Notes under the pieces: generated by a model | Databases searched by the model: none | What the model was told of the DNA's origin: nothing | The model's input: the letters and a program-made list of their open reading frames with translations, nothing else | Assembly: GCF_964213995.1 (NCBI RefSeq) | Contig: NC_135808.1 | Coordinates: forward strand, 99,510,001 to 99,574,000 | DNA from: Mustelus asterias | Lineage: Eukaryota | Reading direction: 5' to 3' | Length of the DNA: 64,000 nt | Shown: piece after piece, positions 35,301 through 50,300 of the stretch | Position numbering within the stretch: the first letter of the stretch is position 1 | Layout of the letters: each line of letters opens with the position of its first letter | Made by a program: the position numbers and the translations under genes

Positions 35301-38300
35301 CAAAATAGAAAATTAAAGAGTTTGGCAGTGGTCAAGGATATATTCTTCAGTGCATGGAGAATAGCAGATAAAGCAGACAAGCTCAGGGCTCAGGTAAAAA
35401 CATGGCAGTATATCATAGCTATTACAAAAGCATGGTTTAAATAGGGACAGAAATGCAGCTCAACATTCCTGGTTACAGGGTTTTCAGACAAGATAGAGAG
35501 GGGGATTTAAAAAAAGGAGTGGGTATGGCATTCTGGTCAGAGAAGTAATTAAACTTGTGGGGAAGGATGATATGTTAGAAAAATCATCAATTGAGTTGAG
35601 CTTCGGAACAAAAAGAGGGCTGTCACACTGCTGAGATGTACAATACACCCCCAAACAGTTAGAGAGAGATAGAAGAGCAAATATGTAGGTAAATCTCAAA
35701 GTAGTGCAAACAGTACAGCTGTTATCGTAGGGAATTTTAACTACTCCAATATTAATGGGGATAGCTTTAGTGTGAAAAAAATAGCTGGAGCAGAATTCTT
35801 AAGGTACACGCAGAGGAACATTTTTGGCCAATGTGTAGCAAGTCCAACAAGACAGGGTACAGTTCTGGACTTAGTTTTAGAAACTGAAGCTAGGCAGGTG
35901 GAGGGAGTAGTAGTGGGAAAACATGTTGGTGGTAATGATCATAATTCAGTTAGTTTTAACATAATGATGGAAAAGAACAAAATACAACAGGAGTTAAAGT
36001 TATAAATTGAGGCAGCCTCAATTTTACCCAGCTGAGGAGTGACTCAGCAAAAGTGGACTGAAAGCAGCTATCTGAAGGTAAATCAGTGTTAGAGCAGTGG
36101 GAGGCAAAGGGGAGATTGAAGGAGTCCAGAGTAAACATGTTCCCATAAAAAAGGGTGGGACAGCCAAAGCTAGACTCCCTGGGGTGTCAAGAGCTATAGA
36201 GGGTAGACAGGAAAAGTAGAGTTGAGGCCACATTCATAACAGCCATGATCTCATCAAATGGCAGAGCATGCTCAAGTGGCTGAATGGCCTACTTCTGTTC
36301 CTAATTTGTATGTGGGACAGACAGACACAGGGATGGTGATGGAGGAGTCTGAAACATTGGATAGAAGATATAATTTGGTGTCCGATTTGGTCAGGTGGTT
36401 GCTTCACTTATCTTTGGGACAGCTCTCAAAATTTTGGCCCAAGTCCCCAGATGTTAGCAAGGGTGACTTGGCAGGGCTAACAGGCCTGCGAGTTCCTTTG
36501 AACTATCTGGTACCTAGGTTGATGTTGGGCAGTCCATTCTCTTTTACTCTCATTAAACCTTTCCGTAACAGTTTGATACAACGGTGAGGCTTGTTAAGGA
36601 ATTGTAGAGGGCAGTTGAGAATCAGCCACATTGCTCTGGGTCTGGAGTCACATATAAGCCAGACTGAGTAAGGATGGCGGATTTCCTTCTTTAAAGAGAG
36701 AGTGAATCACATTGTTTTTTCCAACCATCCAGTAATTTCATGATTACCTTTACTGAGACTATTTTCCACTGGACTCAACAGGGGAAGCACCAAAGGAACA
36801 CTGCATAATCAAGTATATAGAACTTGTAATTATTAACAGTGGACCGTCTGATAAGCAAATAAAGTCAACACAGCATTTAATCATTTACCTTATAGCAGTA
36901 ATGTATGGCGAGGAAAACATTTCATCAAGAGCCTGTACCACATGAGGCATTCCTACAAGGTTGGATGCGGCTTGCTGAGTTGCTGAATATTCACATATTT
37001 CAGCAGCTCTCCTGCAAATGTCGAGAGCACGCCTTGCATCACCAGATAGAGCTGCCACCTGCATGGGTACAAAACAGTAGTCTGGTATTTATATACACAA
37101 GTGGTTAATAACCCCTTGCATTACTCAGTTGAAAAAAGTGCCCTTTTCTCAGTGGCATGGTGACACAGTGGTTAGCACTGCTGCCTCACGGTGCCAGGGA
37201 TCCCAGTTTGATTCCTGGCTTGGGTCACTGTCTGTGTGGAGTCTGCACGTTCTCCCAGTGCTCCGGTTTCCTCCCACAGTCCGAAAGACATGCTGGTTAG
37301 GTGCATTGGCCATGCTAAATTCTCGCTCAGTGTACCTGAATAGACTCCGGAGTGTGGTGACTAGAGGGTTTTCACAGTAACTTCATTGCAGTCTAAGTCT
37401 ACTTGTGACACTAAGAAACAAACTAAACTAAACTAAAAACTCTGCCGGTCTCTTACTGTTCCTCCTGATCAAGGTTTCTTTTTAAAATAACTCATTGTTT
37501 GTCTCAATTCATCAGCTTTCGGCTTTATTCAACTAGACATCACTCACCTTTCTACCCACTAGCTGAATGGCATCATCCTCAAAAGCCTTTAATCGGTTGA
37601 GCCTGGAGGAAATGATTCTCTGCAACTGTTTGTAGGTATAGGGTTGGAAGGACATTCTGGTCAACCCCTAATAAGAAATAAGTCAATATGTTCTATTATA
37701 GCTACTAATCTGCTGACTTTTACAACTAAATTATATAATAAAATTGTACAATGCCAACAATTAAGCAAAACGAGTAACTGGAGCTTCATTTGTATTTCAA
37801 AAAACAATCTGTACATAATTTTCAACTGAATTTCTCAGTGAAACTTCACACTGAATGTCTTAACGTTTGCAATGACTTGTTAGAAAAAAAATTGTCAATT
37901 GTTTGTACAATATGTTTCACTCACCAGCCTGCTTGCCACCCGGTTCATCATGATCCTCTCTGGTAGATCCATCGTGTTGGCTACTGCCAGAACCACCAAT
38001 TTTGCCTGCTTTCGCGTGGGCCAATCAAACAGGTTATACATAACGTCCTGTTTCCGGGTCCACAAAAGATCAAGCTAAGAGGAACACATTGAACACTGAA
38101 GTTAGCTCATGCCATTAGCTGCAAGTGACCTCGAAAGGGCTTGCTGAGTTTGCTTTTAATTGTTTCTTCACAAGATGGTTGAATCACGGATGATGGACCG
38201 GGCAGTGTCTGTATGGTTGAAAACCTCGCGTCTGCCAGGTCTTTTCTCAATTCACAAATGGCCAGTGTTCCAGGAGGGGACAAAGGAAGTGCTTCAAAGA

Positions 38301-41300
38301 TACTCTGACGCTCACAGTAGCATTGACATGAATGACTGGGATGAGCTTGCTACCAATTGTTCAAAGTGGTGACAAATTGTCCATCAAGTTGCACTGTGCT
38401 TCGATTCCAAACGCCTTAATGATGAGGCAGAGCAACAGTACAGCGGGAAGGAAATTGAAGTAAATCCTAAACTCTGAATCTAACTACCTTGTGGGATGCC
38501 CTACCTCACGTGTCTAAAGATCTGTGGGTCAGGAATTGACATGTTCAGTCAACAGAAACCTGCAACCCTGAATAGATGCCATCTTCAAATCGAGGAACAG
38601 CTGACAATGATGTGGTCTGAGTGTCTCAGTCAGGTCAAACTATAACTAACACTTGTGTTCATATTTTAAAAATAAGTAATGATTTATAGTGGGAGCAAAA
38701 AAAGACGATAGCAAGCATCAATCACCATGCTGTAAAAATTGCTGTGAATCAAGCAAGCCTTACTTAACAGGGGGAAAAGACAATATCCACTGTTGTGATA
38801 GTCAACCCAAAGGAAAACACATTAAAAACGTGTAATTGCATTGGGAGAGAAATTTGGGTGGGGGAATTAACTTGCCAAATAACAATTACCACCAGCATTT
38901 CCACCTAGTATTAAAGGCTTCAGTCCAAGGGTTTAGTACTATATACGCCATCCTCACCTCATCCACCAACAGCACTGTGGTCTCTCTCCTTGGTGCTGGC
39001 GTACCAAACCGCTTCCCAAGCAATGCTGCAGCATGGTCTGCAGTGGCTCTCTCCCCTGTCAATAACTAGGAAGGCGAGAAGGTTAAAAAATTGTAATTTG
39101 TCCGCATACAAAGGAAAGAATAACTTTAATTTACAATTTTTCTTTTATCCTTCTGAAATGAACAAAGCAGCTCAGTTACAACTGATTGCATTTTTGAAGT
39201 GCAATTATTGCCAGTCCGATTACAGGAAGATTCTGCAATATGATACATGACTAGGTACTAATCGAGTTTGTTGATGATGATTGAAGGAAGAATGTTGGCC
39301 CAGGCAGCAGGACACTTTCCTATTCTCTTACATTGTAACATAGAATTTTTAACAAGCAAATGTGCTTTTGGATTAATATTTGATGCCAGGCATGCCAACA
39401 CCATAACACTGCCCCAAATATGTGCTGTAGTCTCCATTTAACCATCAGACTCAAGTGGAAAGCACCAAGTTGACACCAAACCTTTCAGGAAATTATGTAT
39501 TGAGTAGCATACCCATAATTTCTCTATAAACGGCATGACTTATAGAAATCTCATTTGGAAGGAATGGTATGCGCAGGCATAAAGCTCAAGCAGCTCAATA
39601 TGTGGATAACATGTGGGGCGGCACGGTAGCACAGTGGTTAGCACTGCTGCTTCACAGCTCCAGCGACCTGGGTTCGATTCCCGGCTTGGGTCACTGTCTG
39701 TGTGGAGTTTGCACATTCTCCTCATGTCTGCGTGGGTTTCCTCCGGGTGCTCCGGTTTCCTCCCACAGTCCAAAGATGTGCAGGTTAGGTTGATTGGCCA
39801 AGCTAAAATTGCCCCTTAGTGTCCTGGGATGCGTAGATTAGAGGGTACAATATGTAGGGATATGGGGGGTAGGGCCTGGGTGAGATTGTGGTCAGTGCAG
39901 ACTCGGTGGCCCGAATGGCCTCTTTCTGTACTGCAGGGTTTCTATGATTTCTATGATAAGCCACACACTGCAACTAAAATAACTTAGCTGACTGAGTCAG
40001 AGGGTCCCATTTAGGAATTAAGCAAATAATTTCAGCTGAAACTTATCTACAGTATTGAGAGTGTCAAAGGTGCTGTCTTTTAGATGAAATGTTAATGGAT
40101 TCCTGTCTGTTCATATTACAAGATCTCAGGCACATAGCAACCAGGGGCCAATTTTAGGGAAAAGTGTAGTTTTTAATTGGAAGCCAGAGTAGAGAGAGCT
40201 TTGCAGGGCGAGGGAACATCTCTCTCAGCTTCGCTAGAAGAAAAGCCATACGATGGAGTAAGGGGCAAAGGAGGCAAGTATCAGAAACCTAAAGAACTTA
40301 GTTAAGGAAACTAGAGAAATTAAGAGAAGTTTCCAAAAAGTCTCAGGATAAAGGAACAGAGGAAAGTGGAATTAGAATAAGATACTGTTCATTGAAGCCA
40401 CAGACAGAGCTGATAAGGAGTTGACAAGTGAGAAGCCAGAAAGATATCTGAACTGGTTCTAAGGTTCATGATATCTTACCAGACTGTGAAGCAATAGGTG
40501 AAATAACTGTGGAACAATTGGTGGCTCAAAGTTTGTGCAAAAGCATTCAAAACAAAGGAATCCAGAGAGTTGGAAAATCTGGGGTTGGATACTTGATGAA
40601 AGCAGCTGATGGAAAGCATTGGTTGAAAGAAGATTTTAAAATTTGGAAACACTCATCTGGCAATCATCTGGGAGGAATTTGAGGAGAAATCAATGGAAGA
40701 TCAATTGAGTGGCATCTGCCACTTAGTTTCAGAATGGGTGTTGTCCTCAAAATTTGTCAAGGTAAGGGGCAGTGAAGGAATATTGTATTATAATCAAATC
40801 TTTCATGTTTAATAATGTTTCTTTCTTGGTTAAAAATGAATTGGCAGTACTGTGACTCATGTTCCTCTCCGTTTATGTCCAGTTGTAACACCAATTGAGA
40901 TCATAATAGTATTGTTTAGGCTACTGAAGAAACATACTATACAAATACACATTCTTTTTTTTGAGGAGTCAACAAATTTAATACAGTGGAACCCCGATTT
41001 TACGCACCCCGATTTAGCGCGAATTCGGATATAACGCGACGAATCATTGGACCTTTTTTTTCCCGCTCATGATTGGCAAATCTCGCTCGCCCCGCTGTTT
41101 CCACCAGTCAGCTCGTCATGTGTAGAGAAATGCTGGGATAAGGGTCTGGGGCCAGCCTTTTCATCACGCCAATCCACCATGGAAGATGACGACGAGCCAG
41201 ATTTGTACGGCTTCACAGAGGAAGATGTGCGTGAGGCAGAGAAGCTGTCTGAATGCAGCAAAGAAGAGCTACACCAGTGGCACTCTGCCGACGACGAATG

Positions 41301-44300
41301 CCCAACATATGAGCATCTGACGGACGCCGAGATCGTCCGTAACGTAACTATAGCACCGGTGGAGGCAAGTGTACCGGTTCTGGAGACCCAGGAGGTGGAC
41401 CACATAAAAATCCTCCAACTCAGAAGCATTCTAGATTTCGCTCGCAGCCAGCGAAATGCTTCGTTCAAGCAAGGAACACTCGATTACTTTTTTAAGAAAT
41501 AAACTGTTGTTGTTTTGTTTATTAAAAAACTTTACTAAAAATTAATTTGTGTTTTAATTTGTACTGTAACAACAACAATTTATTCGCAGAATTCTTTAAT
41601 TAAAAGGTAATTTACTTGCCAGATGATAAACGTGCAAAAAACGGGTCAAATAGGGCGATAATAGGTGTTTTAGGATGTTAGGTCAACATTGGGTAAGTTT
41701 GAACGCTGATTTTCTTGAACCCCGATTTAGCGCGACCCGTTTTTTTCGCGATAACATTTTATGGACCACAACCATCGCATTATAACGGGGCCGCACTGTA
41801 CTTGTATTAAACGCCAAAGCACTGATTACATTTTGGCCCCAAAATTAAATTTGTACCTTCAATATCTGTACATAGCATTGATGAGGGTCCGTAAGCTTCA
41901 TTCCATTGATTTCTACAAATTGGAAGGAGGGAAGATCATCTTGTTTCGCTGCATGTTGTAAACACCGCATCACCTCATGCACTGTTGCAGTTTTTCCAGT
42001 CCCCGGCACCCCAGAAATATACATACACCTGCGAAAAACAAAACTTGATTTTAATGCAGAAATGGAAAACTCAATGGTACTGACCCTAATTCTGAGGTAA
42101 ACGGTGAACTGACAGCACTTGTTGCTGACCTCGAATACAGCTGCCCTCAAACATCTAGTGACCTGTGGCTTGGATTTTTCTACTCCAAACATTACTTTGA
42201 TTCCTGTCTCAACTCAAGGAAATCTCCAGCAACAATAATGGGAATATACATAAAAGATCAAGGTAGAAGCTGAAAAATTAAACATAAGTTTTTGAAAACA
42301 TTTGACATGTTACAAATTAAATAATTAGTCATTCCAGGTAAGGGAGGCTATTCCATGATAACTATGAACTTAGTACAGGTATGCCATTAAAAACCAGTTA
42401 CACTTTTTAAAATTCATTTATGGGACGTAGGCATCGCTGGCCAGGCCAGCACTTATTGCCCATCCCTAGTTACCCTTGAGAAGGTGGTGGTGAGCTGCCT
42501 TTTTGAAACACTGCAGCTTTTGAGGGAAGGTATACACCCACCGTGCTGTTAGGGAGGGAGTTCCAGGATTCTGGCCCAGCAACAGTGAAGGAACAGCAAT
42601 ATATTTCCAAGTCAGGGTGGTGAGTGACTTGGAGGGGAAACCAAAGTGATGGTCCTCCCAGTTATCTGCTGCCCTGTTCTTCTAGATGGTAGCAGTCATG
42701 GGTTTGGAAAGTGCTAAGGAGCCTTGGGTGAGTAGTGCATCTTGTCGATGGTTGCTTGCTAGTGGTGGAGAGACTGAATGTTTGTGCAAGGGGTATCAAT
42801 CAAGCGGGTTGCTTTGCCCTGGATGGTGTCGAGTCACTCATCCAGACGACTGGAGAGTATTCCATCACACTCCTGACTTGTGCCTTGTAGATGGTGGACA
42901 GGGTCTGGGGAGTCGGGAAGCAAATTACTCAATCCTTGCCTCTCTCCTGCTCTTGTAGCCACAGTATTTACACAACTAGTCCAGTTCAGCTTCTGATCAG
43001 TGATAATCCTCAGAATGTTGACAGTGGGGGATTCAGTGATGGGAATGCCATTAAATGTGAAAGGACAATGATTAGATCCTCTCTTGCTGGAGATGGTCAT
43101 TTCCTAGAACTTGTGTGGTGCAAATGTTAATTGCCAGTGTCACCCCAAGCCTGTATATTGTCCAGATCTTGCTGCATTCAGGCATGGAATGTTTTGGTAT
43201 CTGGGGAGTTGCAAATGATGCTGGATACTGCGCAGTCAACCACGAACATTTCATTTCTGATCTAATGATGGAAGGTCATTGAAGGAGCATCTGAAGATGG
43301 TTAGGCCTAGAACACCAGCCTGAGGAACTTCTGCAGTGATGTCCTGGAGCCGAGATAATTGACATCCAACCACCATAACCATTTTTCTTTGTGCCAGGTA
43401 CGACTCTAAACAGTAGGGCTTCTGGATTTCTGGGTATAACGACACAGTGCAGATGCCAGAGGTTGCTATCAGTTTCATAGATTCACTGACAGATCTGCCA
43501 TCATTACAAGGGTAAAATTCAAGTAAATATGTTGCAATGTAACTGTTGAAAAGCTGGTGCATAATGCCTGGGGCAGATAGGTAACACTTCATATTAGTAG
43601 CTGCCATTTGCAGTACCAGTAATTGCCTTGCTTTATTCTCGTAGCTTTTGAGGGTTATCCTTTTTGAAGTCTTCTAATTTAAGCCGTCTTTCTTTTCCAT
43701 GTATAGAATTGAAAACAGTTCCTCCTGAACCATATACCAATCCCATTTCAAAATGAATAGCAAGGCGATGTGTAGCAGGAGCACAGATTTTCCTTCAACT
43801 TGCTCTCCCAGCATGTAATGTTCCTCTGAGAAGAGCCTTCATCCTGTATTCTATCAATCACTGAGCTAGCAAAATCTTCAAAATGTATTGCTAACAGGGT
43901 GTGCATCCTATTCACTAACACAGTGAAGCAAAACCAGAAGTTATTCAAAAAAATACCGAATGGTTTCAGCAAGAGCAAATGTTTCATACCCTCCAGTACC
44001 ATCAGTCACTTTACTTTCCACGTAGTTGTAGATGTCTTGAAACTCTTGCTCTCTGCAAGGTAGAGACTCTGGTACTGCAGACACGTGTAATCTTAAGGAA
44101 ATAAAATAAGCAAGTCAAAAAAACTCAAGAGTCTCACAGATGGTGCAGTTGTCATTTGTTCAGGAGGAGTCAATGCAGGCAGAACACAAGGGTTGGTAAC
44201 GGACTAGATTTTTTTTCCCTTTGCCAACTGAACAACCCATTTTTGGATCGTTTTAATCAAACCATTCTTCCCTCCATCTAAAAATAATAAAGCCAGTTAA

Positions 44301-47300
44301 CTTTAGTGTTTTTTTTATTCATTCGTGGAACGCGAACGCCGCTGGCTGGCCAGCCAGCATTTATTGCCCATCCCTAGTTGCCCTTGGAGGGCAGTTGAGA
44401 GTCAACCACATTGCTCTTGCTCTGGACTCTCATATAGGCCAGACCAGGTAAGGACAGCAGATTTCCTTCCCTAAAGAACATTAGTGAACCAAATGGGTTT
44501 TTCTGACAATCGTTTCATGGTCATCAGTAGATTCTTAATTCCAGACTTTTAAAAATTGAATTCAAATTCCACCATCTGCCGTGGCGGGATTCGAACCCAG
44601 AACATGAGCTGAGTTTCTGGATTAATAGTCTAATGATAATACCACTAGGCCATCGCCTTTGATGTCTGGGATCTTTCATTGTCTTTTTCCAAAGATGGTA
44701 CATCTAGCAATTTTGATGTTCCTTAACTTTGCTAATAAGCCTAATTTCTTGATTTAAAAAGTCAAAATAATTAGTATACGTGGGAACATATTTAGAATCT
44801 AGTATATTAAGAATCAGTAATATGAAGACATTACATTTCATAATAACAAAGTGCTGTGGGCTTAACAAGTTGTCATGATAAATCTAAGTATTTATTAGTC
44901 TAAATGTATTCAACATTTTTTTTAAAAGGAGCTGACAAAGCTATTTTTAAGATTCCCAGCTATGTAAACTTTACCAGCCTCTATTTTTAATAGCAGATTT
45001 TATTCCACAGCGGACATCACCCTTGTACTCAGTACCTTGCTCTAGCCTCTTCCAACACGCTGACAGGTGTTTTAGCCAATTGGTTCCTCTGAGGAATACT
45101 TGGAGTGGGATGGCAGGGTGTCCTTGGGGTCCGAGGAGTTCTTGAAACAGGCTGAAGATGATAATTTAAAAACGTAAAATATGCACTCTTGAACAAAGAC
45201 ATCTGCCATATAATCGTGAACAAATCTACTGCACTGTCGCTCCCTTGACTGCAGATTTTAAATACTGGTACACATTTTATCTGCCAATTACTGCATTTAG
45301 AGTTTGAAAATAATACCACATATCTCCAAATAATTTGGTGCAAAAAGAGGGAAAGTGTTTTAAGGTCTTTTCTGAGCAACGCTGCGTTATTAAACTGACT
45401 GTATTTGTATTGCTTAAGCTGTATTTCCTTGAAATTATCCAATGCATATTAAGCAGTAATTGAACAGGTTATGGAATGGTTATTCAGGGAGGCACAAGAC
45501 GGAAATGCAGAATCTACAGCATATAAACTGGCCACTTGGGATTAAAACCTGTTAGGTTGAAGAGAAATTACCCAGCCTATGAGCTTTGTATTTACTAATG
45601 ATGGTACATTCATTTCTGCAGCTAAACTACATGGGGTGAAGCCAGTTAGCAGCTGTGCGTTACCTGTAGTTAACGACAAAACCATTTGGATTCAAGTGTT
45701 ATTTTCAAATAATTCACCAAGATAAAAATAAATCTGCTGCCCGGGTGTCTCCAACATCAGTCCTTGTCAAGAATTTTCACAATTAACATACCGTTTTGGC
45801 TGGAGTCTTTACAGGCACCTTTGCTGTGGTCTTCAGTGTTTTCGGAATAACCTTCTTTCCAGATTTCCTATCAAATGGTAAATCGTCCTCTTGCTCCTCA
45901 TCCTCACTGTCGCTTTCACTGCTTTGTTGGTTGTCTGGAAGGAATTCATCTTCACTAGACTCTCCATCACTCTGATCATTTCTAAATTAAAGTGAAGACT
46001 TTTTATTAGAAATACGGTGCAGGAATCGATCAAGCTAGAACAATATGTACAATATTAAGTATGCTGGGTTGTTAAAAATAAACAAGCACAAGAAATTAAC
46101 GCTATAAATCAGCATTGATCTACCTAATCAAAATCAAATGGAGTTATGATAAAGTGGATCCCTCGGATGCTAACCGGGAAAACACACTGCATGTGATGAT
46201 ATATGGAGATATGCAGACTATATTTGAATAGTGATCTGTGCTGAACAGATGCCAAAACTCAACAGCCAGCCTTAAAGAATGGACATCTTGCTGAGCACCA
46301 GAGGGTTATAGTAAATCATAGATCATGTGTTTCATCAATGCCTTCAGGAGAGTTGGACAAATATACTATAAATAGAACTTGGCTACTGCAGAAATTGATC
46401 CAGAAACACTAGTGATGCAATATCATAATTGAGAATCAAATATAGAATGTTCAAGGTCAAGACTTCATGCTTTGAAGGCAAAAATATATTGTTCCTAAAA
46501 ATGCGGAAAGAGTTTTAGATTGAAAGTATTAACTCTTCATGAAAGAAACTCCTCTCACCACACGCATCAACTTTCCCATTTCCACTCAGCTCTGCTATTC
46601 CACATTTTGGGCCACCCTCACTCAAAACTGATCGCTAGTATGATCTCTTAGATCACCGTGGAAGATTATTATATTCAAATTTCAGGCATTTTCAACCACA
46701 ATCAACATTTGGTTTTAATGTTATTACTGGGCTCATTCATCAATCACAATATACTGCAATCCAAGAAGCCTTGAGAATTAATTTGACTGAACTACACAAA
46801 AGCACGAGTTCCAGCAATTTTGTACAAAATAAGGCCAGGGATTCTTCTGCATTGAAGGGGAATCAAAACCAACCATCATGATTGTAAAGCCTTACCTGGA
46901 GTACTGTTTCAGAGCAATTGAACAGCGTAGTGCAGACTTTCTATGAGATCTTGGAGTATCACTAATGTTTTCCATTTTACTTTTGGTTTCCGGTTTCTTT
47001 GACCTAAAAATTGGGAAGAGACAAATTAGAAACTGTTTTACACTTCAAAAAGTGAAAAAAAAAGATATTTATTAAGAGTGGCAGAGGTTCTGTACCAGGG
47101 AGCAGCATACTGTCCACTTTATGCAAAGTTTTAACTTAATATTAATCACCTTTCAACACATGGTTATAGACTTCTCCCAACTCTCGTGGTGAATCCTTAT
47201 TCTATGTAAAAGTGCATTTGATTACATGTTTTATAAACCATTGTATATATTGGAACTCGCTGTCACATTAAATAACCAAGGAGAATAGCATAAAATACAT

Positions 47301-50300
47301 TACGGAAAGCTAATTAAGTACCAAGGGAGGAAGGAATAGAAGGTGGCATTCATCAGGTCTGATGAAGTCAGTGGGATGAGGTTTGTATGGAGCATCTACA
47401 CTGGTATAGGCCTTGTTTCTGTGCTGTTACTCACATTGTACATGCATCAAGTTAACATACATTTTAATTTCCTTGCACTTGTAGCAGGATTGCTTCAAGA
47501 CTTCCAGGTTTGTGGCATAACTGTGCTTGGACTCAAAGGAATTGAAGAAGGGTAGTATAAAACTCAGAGTATAAAAGGCCCTCGTTTTAAATTTACTATA
47601 ATAAGTAACTAGGTTAATATGAAGATTACAAGGTGCCTTTTACATAGAATAAGAATTCACCATGTGCCTAATGCAATATACGCAAAGATATTGTCTGTAT
47701 AAACACAAGTTAACCAAGTATTATGAAATTAAATTGTATTCTTAATGTGTGTCTTGTGAACCTTGACCAACTGACGATATAACTGCTCAGCATGATGGGA
47801 AGTAGATGGTAGCAGACAGACCAAATTCTTTGGGACAATGGGGCAGGGAGGGAGAGCAGTTCTTATCAGCTTGAGTCAGGCAGCTGCAAGTTAATCAGGG
47901 CTTTGGAAAGTACAGGAGTGCATTCGCTCATGATTGACGAGATTGGACGAGTTTCGCATGCTAATAAAGGAGCCAGGCTCAGGCAGGGGAATTGAACCCT
48001 TTTACAAATTAAAATTGACAGGTGTTAGCAATATTCTTGAAGCTACCGGATTTATGTGGGTTAGGTTTCTTAGTAACGAAGGAGAAACTTTCAGATGCCT
48101 TGGACTAATGAGTTCCTAATCTTGCTGGCAGGTGGAGTGTTATTGGCTATGGTAATAATGTGTAATATTGTAATTGGACCCTCCAGTTTGGGCGACAAGC
48201 TAGGCGGGAGATCTAAGTGTTCAGAAAAAGTATATCAATCTCATACATGTACTGTTACGGCAGAGAGGATAGTCGGTACTCATGGACTATCTTTTCTCCT
48301 GATGCAGGCAATAGCAGTAAACTTCCTTTCATTCCTTAACTACATGCTGTCTTTCGTGGTCCCTGTATTGGCTGAGTAAGGTCAGCTGAGTACAAGAACC
48401 CCCCCCCGCCCCCGAAGGACACTTCAGAAAATTCCTCTTACAGGAATGTAGGTTGGGAATTGGTTGGAATCACTCCCCTTCACAGTCAAGAGGAATCCCT
48501 AGTATTTGCTTTGTATTTCTCAGGCGACTGGGAGAATCCTAGCCCTAACACGTATCATCATCTTCCATATGTTTTAACCAGAATGGTTGTGTGGACTACA
48601 TGAGGAACTGACTACTACGAGTTGCAAGAAATGTACTAAACGGCCTATTGCAGAAGGCCTTCCTTCTCCAGTGGGTAGGAGTGGGTCTCCCAGAATGTTA
48701 TTCAGAAAGGTCACAAATTCTGGCTACTGGGGTGCCAGCAGTTCAACACTTACAAAGATTATATATTATGTATGAGATGCTTGATATTGATTCATGCTTA
48801 AGTTGGCAAAGTCATAGAATCATAGAAACCCTACAGTGCAGAAAGAGGCCATTTGGCCCATCGAGTCTGCACCGACCACAATCCCACCCAGGTCCTATCC
48901 CATATCCCTACATATTTTACCCACCAATCCCTCTAACCTACGCATCTCAGGACACTAAGGGGCAATTTTAACATGGCCAATCAACCTAACCCGCACATCT
49001 TTGGACTGTGGGAGGAAACCGGAGCACCCGGAGGAAACCCACGCAGACACGAGGAGAATGTGCAAACTCCACACAGACAGTGACCCGAGCCGGGAATCGA
49101 ACTCAGGTCCCTGGAGCTGTGAAGCAGCAGTGCTAACCACTGTGCTACCGTGCCGCCCGCATGGTGAAGGTGGTTTCTGAAGGTAGTTAGTGCTTCATCT
49201 GAAAATAGTGTCACATGGGAGCTGAAAATCAACAGCTAATCCACAGAACATGACATGGCCCTCTATGAAGAACAAGCCTAATCTAATGATCCCTTGTTCA
49301 TGCCAAGCTATTCACCCACTTAAGGCAAGGTATTTCAAGCTGATCTTAATCCCACAGAAAAATAGAAAAGCAACTGAGAGGCTTTGTCAATACACTTCAG
49401 CCCACTGCATTCATTAAAATGGATTTAATGAAAAGCTCTTTCAGGATAATACAGAACACAGCGAATGTACAATAAAAACAATCTTGCAGCTTTTTCTTAA
49501 TAAAAATAAAGACCCTGAGCTAGTTTGAGAATACTTTTTGGGAACTCAGCTTTAATTTTTCACTTCAGGAGGCAGTGGTATTGTCACTGGGCAAGTAAAC
49601 CAGAGACCCAGAGCAAGATCTGGGGACCCGGGTTCAAAACCCATTACAGCAGATGGTGGAATTAAGAAAATCCAACGATGACTATGAAACCATTGTCGTA
49701 AAAGCCCATCTGGTTCACTAATGTCCTCTAGGGGCAGAAATCCGCTGTCCTTACCTGGTCTGGCTTACATGTGACTCCAGATTCACAGCAATGTGGTTGA
49801 TTCCCAAATGACCTCTGACATGGAGGGCAGTTAGGGACGGGCAATAAATTTTGGCCCAACCAGCGACATTAACGTCTCATAAAATGAATTTAAAAAAAAA
49901 AACTTGCTGGGTTCACGGCAATTCTAAGAATCATTGGATCAGAAGTTTATGATCCATTTGGCCCATTGTGTCTGTCGGAGCTGATAAAGATCTTTATCAC
50001 TTGGTCAAAGGCCATGTAGGTTATGGCACTTAACATGTTAAAATGTCATAAGGGTTTCTGCCTCTACCACTCTCAGTCAGTGAAGTCTAGACCCCCCCCC
50101 CCCCCCCCCCCCCATTGTCCCACCCGCAACCCCTTGGGGGTATTCTCATCTCATCTCTAATTCTTCTACCAACTACTTGAAATCTAAAAACCATGCAGAC
50201 TACATAAAACACCTGACCAAGATGCTTGTGGGGTACATATCCACAGGTCCCTAAATGTAGGGCAGGTGGATACGGAGGTTAAGTCAATTTGACTCAATAG

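Noticed and set aside
40135-40890. Purine-rich LTR-like stretch ending in GTAACA
   Set aside because: No definable 5' end or target-site duplication; too weak to call.
41067-41468. 133-aa minus-strand ORF
   Set aside because: Antisense shadow of the transposon-derived ORF; no homology or splice support for an ORC1 exon.
46190-46250. C/D box snoRNA candidate (GTGATGA..CTGA)
   Set aside because: Only about 52 nt between the boxes, no convincing terminal stem or recognisable guide.
50091-50113. Long poly-C runs (also 19341-19365)
   Set aside because: Simple homopolymers of unreliable length with no further structure.
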